Of a stretch of DNA of 64,000 nucleotides, positions 1 to 14,158 are shown in pieces. The position numbers and the translations under genes are program-made. The DNA lies in assembly GCA_976226885.1 (NCBI GenBank), contig OZ320317.1, positions 66,030,001 through 66,094,000 of the forward strand. The letters are read 5' to 3'. This stretch comes from Iphione sp. A-MEVVRFRX5. Its lineage: Eukaryota. Every line of letters starts with the position of its first letter. Positions within the stretch are counted from its first letter, which is position 1. The notes under the pieces were generated by a model, which searched no databases, was not told the origin of the DNA, and saw nothing but the letters and a program-made list of their open reading frames with translations.

Positions 1-2056
1 GACGTCACAGCGTCCCAGTAACACGACCTTGTCACTCAGAGAAGACAGAAAGATGGACGTCACTTCCGGTTGACATATCGTGGGTCATGATGATGATTCT
101 TTGGGTCTATCTTATGAACGACTTATTGCACATTACTAAAATGGTCAGCCGCACATATGCAGCCTATTTCTCGAGAGTACTTGACACATTCTGTGTAGGT
201 GATAAGGATGGAACTTTGACGGTCAAATTAAGAGGACAGACGTGTTAACTATCGCCTAACTTCCATTGGGCTGTATGCTGCTTTCATTTTACCTACCCTG
301 ATGAGAAATGCGTGTAAATAAGTTGGAATCGTATTTCCTTTGTAAATCCCGTAGCTACAATCATAATTGCTGAGCCGGATGGTAGAGAAAAGAGGTCGTA
401 TTGGAGGAAGATGGTTGCTTTAAGTCTGAGTAGGCTTGATACTTGCAAATGATTAACTGATATATGTATGGATACATTGTAGTAGAACTTCGGTATTGGA
501 CTGGTTCATAACAAGGACAACCTATTTACTTGGGGCAGATTCTGCTGGAATGAAGCCTTTTTCTGTAGTTTATCTCTTGGTACTGCGGCATTCAAGTCTG
601 TATAATTACTACTGAGACTTGTTCATGGTACACCTTTTTGTAGTAGTTGTCATGATAGTTAAATATGAAAAGACCCATAACAGTTGGATGATTTCTTAAT
701 GGGAGCAAGATCGTATCGACTCTCTATGAAAGGACATGTAACATGCTTCTGACGTATATTCATCGTCACATGTATCCATGCTACTGTACTATTCTGATTC
801 AAACGTCAATGTCACCCTCAATATTGTGTATGTCAATAAACGGTTATCATGCTGCTTGGATGTAAGGCAATGGGGGATGAGTCATGACTGTTTCCTAAAC
901 GTGACACCCGTGTGCGGGGGTGGGCAACAGAAATCTAATGTTGGGACAGACCCTTAAACTAGCCGATAAGGTACCTTAACTTTATGATCCAAATAATATT
1001 CCTCGCCCCTATCTACAACAGACGGACTACATTTCTCTTTGCAAATATAATAGGCCGTAATATCAGGAGGTAGTCTTTCCCCCTTATTTTAGAGAGACAG
1101 GATTGGATGGTGATCCTCGGTGAATTGAGGGGGCAAATGATGCTTCGTGGTAAAATTTAAAAAAAAAAACGTTGGAGTATCTGAATCCCGATGTCACTGC
1201 GGAGATAGAAAAAAAGACAAATTGGTGGCTTTTGTTGAACATATGTCTGCCTTCCCTTGGGATGCAACACCAGGCGTAGTAGCTTATACTACTGGCTACG
1301 GATTCTGTTGTGTTACACACGACAGCACTAGGATGGATGAAATAATCAGATAACGAAGGGAAACCACCTGATGAACGTAAGACCAGTCTTACTTTCGTTC
1401 GGTATATATGCTGCAGTATTTCATGACGTGTGAAGAGTTAGGGGCTAGTTTGACACGTTCCAAGTGAGAATACATCCGCAACAACAACCTATAATGTTCA
1501 TAAGGATAAGAGGAATACGATGTCAAATAGTTCCATTCACTAATCCCCTTGAGAACCTTCCTAATATTCGGGCAGTTTCTTTCCTCGAAAATTAGTCGGC
1601 TAGGAATACGCTTTGTCAACATTCTCGTGTCCTTTTGTAATTACCTTTCACAAGTTACTTCCGGTAATCGCTCAATCATTATCTAAACTTTAGATATCTC
1701 TAGATGATATGGCCACTGTGGTCCGTGCTTGACAAATAACGGATTACATTGGCAATTGAATCGCGTGTTCTGTGAGAGTGAGAGCTGGTCTTCTTGGTGA
1801 CGTTCGGGGTGCGTATATTTTTCAGTGTTGCGGCCTTGTCTATTTTATTCAACGTTATGATTGTGATTTCGGATGGAATAAAAGGATGTGGCTATTCATA
1901 GCTAATCCAACATGTGCCACATACTGACAGAGGGTAGGTAGATCCTGTTTTAACCTTATCACGGAATGATAATTGACAACCACACAGCGAACAGCTCGGT
2001 TTTGTTCAAACCTTGTGGTGATGTTTCTGTTTAGTTTGGGCAACCTTGCGGCAATG

Positions 2057-2172
2057 TTATTGTGTGGACTCCCAGAAATGCTTTAGTAATGAAACTTTTA
2101 CATGACTTGTCATGTTATTGGGTGGAATCCCAGGAATGCTTTGGTAATGAAACCTTTTAAAGAACTTGTCAC
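2057..2172. repeat. Tandem duplication, about 58-bp period
   Basis: TTATTG.GTGGA.TCCCAG.AATGCTTT.GTAATGAAAC...ACTTGTCA occurs twice. Confidence 0.85.
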
Positions 2173-5100
2173 ACAATCTTTAAACAAACAAAAAGGAAGA
2201 AGAGGAAGATTTCGTTATACCCCCCTACAACCCATTCAATGAATCAGACAGGGTATGGATGAACAACAAAAATATAATCATGGAGAAAATTGGCTGAGGA
2301 CTTGAATGGTCAAGGAGCCACATGAACAGGTTCCATCACATCTAAGGTACTGTAACCGCCAATGTAATCACAGTTGTTTTGGACTGTTTAGCCCTGTTAT
2401 TTTGCATCACATCTATTTTGCAGCTCAATAATTGATCCGTGTCTATTTCATATCTTGATCACTTATGTGATAAATGATTAGTTGTCACAAGGTTTTGTGA
2501 TAGCATTGTTACCCTGTATTTCTTTTATATTGCCACAATACTACATGCTGACTTAAATGTAACATTGCAATGTCACCACATCATTGCAGTATTGCCACAT
2601 TGTTGTTTTATGACGCTCCAACACTATCGATCGCTAATGACATTGACACAATGTCCTTTTCTTAAATGTTTCAGTCACAAACCTGTGGTAATACATGTAT
2701 TATGGCACCGTTGCGCCCTCAACGGGCAATGATTGGAAGTTATCCATGCTTATTAGACGATAACCTCAGAAGTGAAAAGAATTTGATGGGGTAACCTTCG
2801 TAATATAAAGCAGTCGTTGAGTACTTTAAGTTCATTAATATCATGCCTGAAACTGTGCAGCAAATACAATCATTGTGCATAAATCTACCGATACAATTAG
2901 GAAACCATGTTCCGAGGATTTAAAAATGGGACCCTAGTATAAGGCGAACTACAACCGAAACAAGCGACAGAATCAACTTGTAGGTGTAAAAAGGACTATC
3001 CCGGCTAGCCACAACTAAAAGGCTTCCTGACGTCAAACCGAAATGGGCTGATTTCAATAATGCCACGTGTGATGAAAAGCTACTTTTATCAATCGATCAT
3101 TCGTCGGCCGGGTATGAGTTCCTTTCCGGTCCTCATACAAATAATGCCACCAGCGACTTCGCATCCCTTGCTGCTTCTGAGTATGCAGGAAGCGAAGTCT
3201 ACATGACGAGGGGATTGTTCAACAATTACACGGAACCGGATGCACTCGGTTAAGAGGCATCTAGTGGCAAAAAATACAGAGGGAGCAAATCGATCGCTCT
3301 AACAATTCTTTTATTATTTATTTTTATAAATGAAATACCCAAGATAATCTCGAATTAAACAGAGTTTAATACTATCTATTGTATTCAGAAAAGAATGAAA
3401 CACCCTCTAGTGTTCTGGTCCACAGTAAGCTTTCTTGTGTCGAGCTTTCTTCTGTCGTAATTAACTAATTAAGCGACGTCTGTTAGTCACGTATAAACGT
3501 TCGGTACGGGCAGGTTAATCACATACACAATAACCGATGTAACATATCTGCACTTAAATAAAATGAAAAAAAATGGTTGGTTAGAAAGAAGGTCTACAAT
3601 CTAGCTTTCGTGATAACTGTTTGACAGAAACTTCATAAATACTGATAATCGAATCCTGTCTAAGTCATGTACGTCCAAGAGATTAAGTGAATTATTAGGC
3701 CTAATTTTGGGAGTAGATTATTGTCTCGTGACATGGAACCAGACAAGGGGACGGCAGCATAAAATGTAATAATTGTGGTCATTTGACACCTTCCTGAAGG
3801 ATTTTTATATTCATAGCGGCTATTGTATAGCTACCGTGTAAAGTTTCTGAATCATACATAAGCGATTATATGCATTTTTTTTGATATCGGAGATAAGAAT
3901 CTATTTTTCTATGCTATAAGCTGAAACAATGCACTTGACATGTGATAATAATGACCTTTCTCTGATCTCATGTAGTGTGCACAGTAAAATTGGGAAATCA
4001 TATTTGACTCCTCAAGTCAAGGGTTTGGCACGAGAACCTTATCACGTAGGCTCTCGGAAGAAGTCTGTAAAATACAAAGATCTGCTGGTAAAGCTTGTTC
4101 AGATAGTACAGAGTAACTGTAATCGTGCACATGTGAACGATCCCTTATTTTGAGGGGCAGTTGAATCTGACAAATCAAGGGTGGGAATTTCAAGCCTAGA
4201 CAAACAGAGCTATTAGGTATTGGATTCTATGGGAAGGTTAAATTACTGTGTTCATATTGCAGACAGAATTATTTGCTTTTGTATGCATAAAGAAGATATA
4301 CAGTGGAGACCCTGTGTATTGATACCCGACTACAGGGTACACCTCTTAAAATGTAAAGGAATCTCTGAAGAGTATTAAAGCCCTCTATTTCATGTCTAAG
4401 AGTGTCCAGCCACTGAAGACACTCATGTACAATGGACATCTGCCTATGGACACAACTTTACAGTCCAAAACCTTATTATCAGTGGGAACCAACAGATGGA
4501 ATGGCTTGGAGATAGGGGAAGACAGCCACAGACATTACCAGGCAATCCCTCAGATGTAACAGCACCTCTGAATGGTGTGAAAGTTCATGCTGGGAGAAGT
4601 CAGGAGGACCAGGGCACAGTGGCAGATATCTTCCCAGATCTACCAACACCTAAACCCACCAATTTGCATTTACAAGCCTGCTGATTCTTCTCATGCTAAT
4701 CTCTGGTTGCATCTTAGACAATTAATATCATCTCAGTGCTTTCAGCTTGAACATCTGAGGGAACACAGTGACCCCTCTGGTTGTATCTGTAGTTGCATCC
4801 ACTCCAGCCAACCATCCTACCACCTTGGCTGAACCTGTCCCTCGTACCATCCTGATATCAGGAATTGTTACAATTCATGCAAATCTGACCAAAAACGTCC
4901 ATAAAACTTTACTCGTTACTTATGATATATGACCTTTGACCACAATTCAACCATGGGGGATTGGTTGCATTGTGGCATTCAACTGTATTACTACATGTTT
5001 ACTCCATTCTTGGCTACTACCGACCCACCTTACTGCAGACAGAGTCCTTTCAGTGTCCACAGAAGTAAGGCTTTACTGTATTATTAATAATTCACAGTAT

Positions 5101-5730
5101 TTTTTTTGTATTTTTTGCTCCAGTTCCAAGGGCTCAGAGTTGAGTCTTTTAGCACTGAAAAAGCCTAGGGAGCTGGATGTCTGTGCCGGAAGCACTGGCT
5201 ACTATAACATTGGGAATTAGGAGGAGGTATCACCTCAAAAGTGATATGTGAATAGTTATCTATTTTAAATCATGCTGCGAGGAGCTCTGATTTTGCCGTC
5301 TTCGAGCAATAAGTATACATGTACATGCCAAAAAAGAGCATCTGTAAATGAGGCGGGTGATTTCGATGTTCCTACGTGAGTTTCGATTCTATTATGGATA
5401 AATTGAATTCGCTTGGTTTAACACTAGGTGCGGGTTATGTTCTCCTTGCCCTTCCTATGATGTTTTACATCTATAAATCTGTTCCTCTCACATTCAATTC
5501 GCTTCAATATTGTAAATAACAATATTGCTTTATGTCATTTCTCAAACTGTCACGACAATTTCATCTTTCTCAGTAGTATTCTTAATTTCAAGGTTACTAG
5601 GGAAGGAATTGTCAGAAAATTAAAAGACGTTCCACATATACAACAGAAAAATGAAATACATGTACACGTATAGACATTTTTGTATGCAGTTTTTACCGCA
5701 TTCAAAAGCCAATATAAAAATGATCCTTAC

Positions 5731-6907
5731 CTAGGTCTATACATGACTTTGTTCTTTGACCTGCTATTCCTTTCGTGTTCATGAGTTTTCTGTTAGGAGA
5801 TGGAGAACGCAGGCGTTGCCTAGCTGATACACATCCTCTCTTGGCTCCCTCCCATCTCTCAAAGCGAGCAGGTCGCAGTTCGCAATGCTGTGCTTTCATG
5901 TATCGCCTACCTTTACTAAGTGATCTCTCTGTTAGCAGTTTTTTATCCGTTTCTTCGACGGAAAGTCTGCCGCCAATCTGTTCATTTTCTTTACTAATCT
6001 TATTCAAATCATCTATCTTCCCAGTTCCTGTTTTTTGACAACGGGCAATTTGCTTTTGAAGTTGTTCGGACGACTTCCTGAGTGAATCAAGCATCTCCTG
6101 TCGCTCCAATTGCCTGTCTTCGTCTGTCCTTCTCCCCCCGCCGCCCACCCCTCTTCCTCCAGGCAGGCCTCCAGGGGTAGAGCAATACTGAGGCTGGAAC
6201 CTCAGCGCTCTCGAGAAGGGGGTGTTGAATCCGCATGGGTGACATGTCCGTTCTGACCGAGAGGGGCGTGGCAACCGCCGGGGAAGCAGTCTTCCGAACC
6301 TTCCTCTTCTCAGTCTGGTCGCTGCAAGACCTTTCTCCTTGCTCTCTTCTGGGGGAAGAGTAGGCTTCCCTGTTGGTTCTCTGCTGCTGGCCTTCGGACT
6401 TTCCTCCACCGGTGGCTCCGAAAACCACGGACATGGTCTTAGAGGCTCCGAAAAGGTGGAGTAAGTGGACGATTGGCTGGAAACGGGCGACCCAGGTGGT
6501 GCATCCAGGGTAGAATGTTCCAAAGGCCAGAACCAAGGAGGCGACGAAACTTGGGGGGCCTCAAGCAACAACGACGTCTCTGACTCAGGCATTCTGGCTG
6601 AGGCGGGTGCCGCAGCCCGATACGTGCCTGCTGTCTCCGGTGACGGGCCGGGGGTGATGAGATGCGGGGGGTCCTCCTTCTCATCAGAAGCAAGCGAAGC
6701 CTGCGACGACGGTCGTGACTGTGGCTGTGAGATGGGCGGTGACGACCTGGATGACAGCGCTGGTGACGAAGAATACGACGAGTTGGACGATGAATGGGAC
6801 GATACGGACGACGTATAGGACGACACAGAAGACATCGACGAACAAGTGGCGAACTTGAAACCAACGAGGCGTGGTTCAGAACAGGAATACATTCCTCGGA
6901 GACCCAT
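5731..6907 (-). CDS. Large Ser/Pro-rich exon with its own ATG (about 392 codons), probably an alternative first coding exon
   Basis: 401-aa ORF with ATG in a strong Kozak context (acaaccATGG) and an in-frame TAA 18 nt upstream. Donor CCTAG|gtaagg at 5731. Coiled-coil-like stretch RQLERQEMLDSLRKSSEQLQKQIAR. Confidence 0.75.
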
Positions 6908-9900
6908 GGTTGTAGGAATGTTTTAACCCTACACGTGACGTAGAGAGTCTTCACGTTGTACATGTATTCATATTGCTGGAGCTGAACTTACGTATAAATG
7001 TACATGAAAAGTATAATCCGGATGAAAATGCAGTTTACTGTAATGGTTTCTTAAGTCGAAAACCTTCCCCGGCATACCTACAGGTTTGCTGGAGAGGAAA
7101 TGCCGTTGACCTTTATCAGTCGCTATATACGAGGGCAGTCCTCCTCTGGTTAATTCCAACTGGGCCTGAAACCCGCTGAGCTCTTTATACGTGGAGAAAC
7201 ATATGGGTGCTCCTTGATCCGTACTTTATCCACAAAGGTCAGCAAATGTTCGGGGTCGTGAGGCACTGTGTGTCTTTCTCCGGAGACGCAACCAGAACTG
7301 GAACTTTGGAACGACGTTCGTGGGAGCGGTAGTGGATTTGGGGGTTGAGAGTGGGGGGGAGGAGTGCGGTTTACCAAGCAGACAGGGGTGGGACCCGACC
7401 CGAGGCTCTCGACCAACCCCTGAGCTCAACCCCCGACCCCGGCTGCTTCAGGACGAAGGTCGCGTCACTCATTCATACGCCCCACTTTCTTTTATACATT
7501 GCTTTCCTCCTTTTCTTTCAGGCGCTTGTTCCGATCGTCACATCTGTTAACACCTGTTAAGTCACAACGGATTTTAAGGATGAATTGCGACTTGATTTAT
7601 TTCCCGGTTTTGGTTCAGGTCGACACGACAGGGAGTACGTCTGTCTGTGAAATATCAGTGTCACTTTTCTGGGTTTTTTTTTCATGTTATCAACAGGTTG
7701 CTAAAAAGGTCGGTTTTGCTTTTCATTTCCCTCAATATAAAAGAATCGTCTTAACGTAGTTTCAACGCCCTGATGCTTTCTGTACTTGTTACTCTGTTCC
7801 ATTAATTGTTCATTATTATCTAGATATCTCTTTGTCTTTCTCTCCTGCCGTATATAAATCCATGACTCGTTCTCAGTTTACCTGTATTATAATCTCTTCT
7901 GCCAGTGCTTCGTATGTCCAGAAGACAGTGCTAATGTGTTGCATACATATATGTATTGTGTCTTGCAGCACACCTTCCAGCGTCGAGGAGAACATGAAGT
8001 CTTTCATGCAGGCAACAATAGGATATCACGATACACAATTCTGGACTTGTAGACTTCTCAGCCAGTCCATCCATGCACAATATGTGGTTCCTATCAGAGC
8101 AATCAGTATCCTGCTGGTAAGAGGATACAGCTTCCTTGGAGAATCCAGACCATAGACAAACCCTTTAGGAGCTTTTGTCCGCCATAGATCCCTACAGTAA
8201 AATGGTACGTCCACACGCCCACAAAACCAATTACATGAGCTTCTGATGTCACGTAGCAACAATACACATGCCCTTGCCAAGCTATTTAAAGTTAATGTGG
8301 TATCATTGGGAGTTGTGGGTCAAAGAATATACGACGTTCAAGACCATTCCCGTGAGCTGAGATGCCATGCATTCCTATGCATGTACACGTTAGCTTGTAT
8401 GGTCGCCGGCACGATTCCTGAGATGAACTCGGGCAACTCAACGACTACACTGTAGGTCCTATACACAATGTTAGCGATTAACTGGGAGCGTGCTTGGATT
8501 CCGAGGCCGAAAGAGGAGCAATACGTGGGTAAATGGCGTATTCCATGGGGGCTCCTTGGGTGGAAATCTATACATGTACTTGGTTTACATGAATGTTTCG
8601 TTGTCATTGGCAAAGTGATAGCGCTCCACAAAACTATCAAACTTTAATACCGATAGCTGGCTCTCACCTGAAAGGCTATACTTAAGTGGCATATCCTTGT
8701 CTTACCTACAGGTGGTACACAATGCAGGAGCAATTGGATGATGACACATAGAGTACTGATGCTCCACTTACTACGTCAGACTACGTGACACATTAAATTG
8801 CTCCTATGGTTACTGTCATACCAGCTACTGATGGTTTTTAAATCCTTATTCCCCCGAATGGAATACATGCATTACCATTCAACCGAGTAAATCCTCTCCA
8901 AGCCTCATGTTTCAATAACTTCCAAAAGAATCAAACATGAGTTACAAACCATCTAAGGCTAAGGATGGTTCTAAGCCTATGATTTGACGGATCGTTAGCT
9001 CCAGGAATCCAGAATGACATGTGAGGGTATCCTGTTTTACATGTTGACTCCCCTGTAGGTAAAATTCCAGGCCAAGGTGTTGATGGGGGTATTTCTGGAG
9101 AGAAGTTTAAGAGTGTGCATTCAAGGTGGGCCGGCTATAGACTGAGGGTGTGAATGACGTAGCGCGGGCTCACAGACCTCACTTGCGGAGGCGAGGGGCG
9201 GTTTCGTCAGGTACAGTGCAGGAACTGGTAGCCACATGAATGGAATGAGTGGGGGCAGGTGAGGAGGTCAGTACGGGGGGGATGGGGAAGAGTCAGTCAC
9301 TATGCACGTTCTCGGGGAACGAAGCCACCCCCGGGTTTCCTGACAACCACCCTATATATAACACACAAAGGTCGCTGGCAACATTACGCCCCTACGCGGT
9401 CGCTTGAAAAACTAGAACCAGTCACGTATATTTCGCAGTTACAAAGGGGGAAACTTTGACGGCACTAAAACATCTTAAATACTTTAAGAGTCCAAGCATG
9501 ATATTCCGCATTTGTACATTTGTTCCTAATTGAGGGTGAAGTGAATCATTTCATGTTAAAGGTACTTTGTTGCTACTAATTTGAGACGGAGATATACTTG
9601 CCAGAACTAGCACATGTCTCGCGCACCTGCACTGCCTTTGACCACTACGGGGTTTTGTGCATACGAACAGGTGATAAGGTGCACTGCCATTCATACTGTG
9701 GTCAGTACAGGGCGCTGAACTGTGCGGAGACTATAAGAAGGTTCCAGGAAATTCCTTAGGAAGTAGGTTTGTTTGCTTCATGGTTAGCAAGAGGATTAAC
9801 CTAGACTACGTACATTTCGCCGCTTTACACAGAAGTATTAGGCCAAATCTGAAACTAACTTGGAAACAACTGTACTTCCAATCACTCGCCTAAGCAGGAT

Positions 9901-10204
9901 TCGTATTAATTCATTTTATCATTCACTGCGTCAGATATTTTTCATTTCCCAACAGGATTTTCATCCTCGCATGTATTACAACTGAATAAGGGAAACTGGA
10001 TATCAATGTATTTATATACATTAACCTGTATAAATTAACATGCACAGGCGTTATTTATATATAACATTTTACATCCACAATAAGGAGCCGCATTACACAT
10101 AATTATACTTCCCACTTTGCTAATGTGATTATATAAACAGGATGCTGACATGTACTTCAGACCTGCCAAAATGTGGTAACTTCCTATCTAGTGACGGATG
10201 CCTA

Positions 10205-10370
10205 CAGTAAAATCTCGCTATGGATGGACACCTTTGGTTCCTAGTGAAGGTGTCCCTATTTAGGAGGTATCCCAAGTTCAGACTATAAATATAAGACTTC
10301 ATTCTGGCAACATCTGTCCCAATTAATCGGGTGCCCCTTTTTTGAGTGGCCAAATACAAAGGTTCTACTG
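10205..10370. mobile_element. Tc1/mariner-pogo-type MITE, 166 bp, TA target duplication
   Basis: ta|CAGTAAAATCTC ... AGGTTCTACTG|ta: imperfect TIRs with flanking TA on both sides. Confidence 0.7.
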
Positions 10371-11657
10371 TACATGAACAGGCATTAACGCTAACATATC
10401 CATGACAACAGCTACTACAAACATTTCTCTTTGTAGCATATGGAAGAAAAGTATGATGACACTCTTCCAATTTCGTGAAGTGAAATATGCCTCATTCCCC
10501 CTAGGGATATATAGTTCTGCAGTAACTCATCAGGAATTCGCCACATTCGTGTTAAAACGAACAGATGAGGTGGTGTGGTCTGTGGTAAGCAGAGCGGAAC
10601 CTCCTGCACTTTTCGTCAGGTGGATTAATCCTGAGGTCAATGCGGGTGATTCAGTGTGAATTTCCCGTAGGGCGTGACCCCTAGTCTAATAAAGCATGGT
10701 TTGCAAGTGCAACTGAGTGTTAAAGAGGTGCTTAATATTCTAGATGTGTGACGCGTCACGTGATTGATGGGTGACTCTTAGTGGATTATGTTTTAGGACG
10801 AGGACCCTCTATCTCTCTCAACTGAAATTTACCTGCCCCTCTCTGCCTCTCTATTTCTGTCTCTGACTCTGTATGCCTGTCTCTTTCTTCCAGTCTCCTT
10901 GACCTCACTATATCTCCACCAGCTTACCTCTGTGTATTGTTCTGTCTCGTTGTTTCTTTCTCCCTTCTGAGCTCCCGCAATCTCATTTTGAATATAACAT
11001 GCATTTTTACACGTACATGCACAGTATTTTGTATTATAAACAAATCAATGTGATCGTTATTTCAAGCACAGACCCTTTTTGTATATCATTTATAAATAAC
11101 AGAAGGAGACTAAAACAGTTCTTTTTTTATAAATACACAACATATTGTCAATATGTTGTAATTCGTGGAAATGAAGAAGAGAGATGAACAGTATGCATTT
11201 GTTCACATTACTTGTCGAACGTCTAAAGAAGACATGTACATAATATACAAGTACACATAAATATACTAACATGTATGCGTCTAGATGGTCGCAAAACTAT
11301 TGCTAATATGGCGAAATAAGACAATACGGCGTACGGAAAAGTGAATCCCATAGCATGGCAATTAGAGACAGATCTACACATAAACACCATAATGCACGAC
11401 TATTACTGCCATCTGCTGGAGCCCCTAAACACTATCACGAAACCTTTTTGACCTCAGACATGGCCTACCGCGCCATCTGGTGTCCATGATATGAGCTAAG
11501 ACTGAGTCTCCATGGGGTAGAAAGCAGTTTGTTACCTGGTATACAGTAAGTTTAGTCTGGCGCAAAAGAAAGGTATGATTGTTTTCCTACATTCTGGATT
11601 TTCCTCAGAACAATATTGACTGTTTTGGGGAAACGACTGATTTACATCCCTTTATCA

Positions 11658-11976
11658 TAAGCCGCCCCCCCCCAAAAAATATAGGTGTGCTTCTGCTTAC
11701 CCACCCCTACCTAGTAGAACCACAACCTACCTAAAATGTTTTAGCTCGAAAGAGTTTTCAAGGCTGAATTTTCTGAGAAAATATGTGTTCTGACAACACG
11801 TGTTTTTGGAAAATTCCATAGAAAAACAACAAAGTCCATGGAAAATTCAGCAAAAAACTATAAAACTGCAAATTGGTCAAAAGTCTTCATATTGTCTTTA
11901 TTATTGAAAGTACCCAGCCTCCCTACCTAGGTTTGTGGCTGGTTGTAACCAGAGATACATCTATGTTTTTGCGTAA
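11658..11976. mobile_element. MITE-like dispersed repeat, copy 2 (inverted relative to 38425-38796)
   Basis: Shared blocks such as ACCCACCCCTACCTAGTA, ATTGGTCAAAA.TCTTCATATTGTCTT and CCTCCCTACCTAGGT. Confidence 0.75.
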
Positions 11977-12364
11977 GTTTGGTGTTGATATAATGTATCG
12001 CATGTGTTATTACATGATCGGATGACCACTTGTATTGTACATACATGTATGGGGATGGATATTAAAATGTAGGCCTATATTAGATTACCATGTAGGTGTG
12101 TATCGGATGACCCATCAAGCGTGACTAGGTTTATCATTTGCTGGGAAGTGCACTTATCCAAGACCGACTCCTGTTGTCCAGCGACCAGAAAGAATTGATG
12201 GAATTTCTCCCTATCTGCTCCGACATTAATTCAACTTCCATGGAAACTAGATAAGATCTAAAAATATTTCAATACGAACTAACAAGTAGATAAAAATAAC
12301 AAGTTCACCGCCGTCAAGCTTTAGCTTCGCTGGAGATATATCCTCATAATATATCCTTAGTTAC

Positions 12365-12475
12365 TAGACTGCTTAATGACGGTATAGTATAAGATGGCCT
12401 TATGCCGCAAATTATCTGGAACAAAAGCTTCGTGATAAGGCCCCCCAAAACTATCTTTCTCTTCCTGGTAACATA
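12365..12475 (-). CDS. Candidate 111-nt exon (VCYQEEKDSFGGPYHEAFVPDNLRHKAILYYTVIKQS)
   Basis: Strong acceptor cccttcttttccccag|TATG, weaker donor TCTA|gtaact. Phase 1-1. Confidence 0.35.
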
Positions 12476-12833
12476 CTGGGGAAAAGAAGGGCCTGTATGC
12501 ATGAGTCGTTGTAATTCATGGGCGTGGACTAGTTTAGTGATACATGTACATGTGCATCATTATTCCAGGTTGCACCCTATATGTCTCCTTTATTATTAGG
12601 ACTAAGCACCACAGACTGGTCAACTTTGTTTGAGCTTCTGGACAGTCAGGCTTTATTCCACGTCCACCCACTACTATTCTTTATACTTATTTTATACACC
12701 TGTTTCCATTTGTTTATTAGCTCACTTAAGGAGATGTCTCTCCGTAGCTTACTCATTAAATTTCTTAGCTCAGCCTTATCTTGCTTTGCATGTGGCTTCC
12801 TTGGTAAGGAGGAGCAGCATTGGCGGCACTTAC

Positions 12834-13086
12834 CGAGGTCGGACTTGGGCCTGTCCCGGCTGGCTCGCCGCTCTCTCCGGACGGCGGCCGCCGCGTCTAG
12901 CCCGGCGACGTTGTCCGCCCAACGCACAGTCAGACAGTCCGATTTGGGTCTTTCCCGCGCTGGCGTCGTCACTCCGCCGCCACTGGAGGCGACACCGGAA
13001 GGCGCCGATGACGCCGACGATGCCGACTTCTCCGGCGACCCGTGTGGTGTGCGCCTACGGACGACGGTGGTATCCTCTGGTGACGT
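12834..13086 (-). CDS. Internal exon (TSPEDTTVVRRR...RERPKSDC...RDRPKSDL)
   Basis: Strong acceptor ctttctttccccctcacag|ACG and donor CTCG|gtaagt. Phase 0 to 1, compatible with the 19444 donor. GC-rich island in AT-rich intron. Confidence 0.8.
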
Positions 13087-13310
13087 CTGTGAGGGGGAAA
13101 GAAAGGACTTCCTTGTAGGAGTGTGGGACACAACCTAGCGTGACATACTAAAATGATGAAAATGCCGATGAAGAGAATGAATAGATTCAATGGCATATAT
13201 CATACACACTAGAATATAATAGCATGTACAAAAAGAGAATGCAGGGACACGTCTGGTGGCTTACCGAGTAGATCAGAGAGACTGGGACAGTTGAGGCCAG
13301 TATATCTAAG

Positions 13311-13314
<4 letters not shown>

Positions 13315-13371
<57 letters not shown>
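13315..13371. repeat. (GA)n microsatellite
   Basis: Perfect dinucleotide run. Confidence 0.95.
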
Positions 13372-13373
<2 letters not shown>

Positions 13374-13894
13374 TTGGGGCAGAGAGGTACAGAATGAGAG
13401 CGATAATTAGATATCGTGCGAGTAGTTGATCTACCCAACACAGAACAGACACACCATATTCAAGAAATGAAATAATTCTACGGTTCCAGCTATTTTGGTA
13501 TTTCTAATACCAGGTTGATATGGACATAAATATACATGTATCACCATAATACCCACATCGATAATATCACCATATTCAGGATTCATTTCACTGGTGGAAA
13601 GGTACGGGGGACGGGGTGAATAACCCCAAGTACATAGGGGGCTGTTAACCCTTTCTCTACTCATCTCGGCTATGGTGGTATCTAACCAAAGAGACTCTGG
13701 TCACGTGGCGCTCATGGCTCTTCCGAGGCTACCTATTAGATTAATATTGATCTACTTGGAACTGCAGGGCTGATGAAATAGTTAACAAGGCTGAGTCTTG
13801 TTTATGTTATACATACATTACATTACACACAAGGGAAGAGCCTGCTCACATTCTGCTCTTGCTCCCTTTACCAGATCCCGTTGACTAGACTGCC

Positions 13895-14158
13895 TCCTGT
13901 GCCTCCTTATAATGTACGTCCAGACAGCCTCCAGTATCTCTGTATACTACCTCGAGTGTGCATTGACTAACTCTAGTATCTATTTATACTACCCGAAGGG
14001 TGAACGTTATACATCAGGTACCTCCTTATATTGCTCCAGTGTGGATTGGCTTTCTCCGGTACCGCCTTATACTACCTCCAGGGTACTTTGACTACCTGCT
14101 TTACCTCCTCCGAATATTACTTCCAGGGTAGATTGATTACCTCGTGTGCCTCCTTATA
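13895..14158. repeat. Degenerate minisatellite, about 42-bp period, about 6 copies
   Basis: Units like TATACTACCTCCAGGGTACTTTGACTACCTC...CCTCCT recur. Two further copies lie at about 15548-15630. Confidence 0.7.

Noticed and set aside
4180-5250. Possible transposase remnant (GWYEGQVQ) and a TA-CAGTGG start at about 4298
   Set aside because: All frames are interrupted and no matching right TIR was found.
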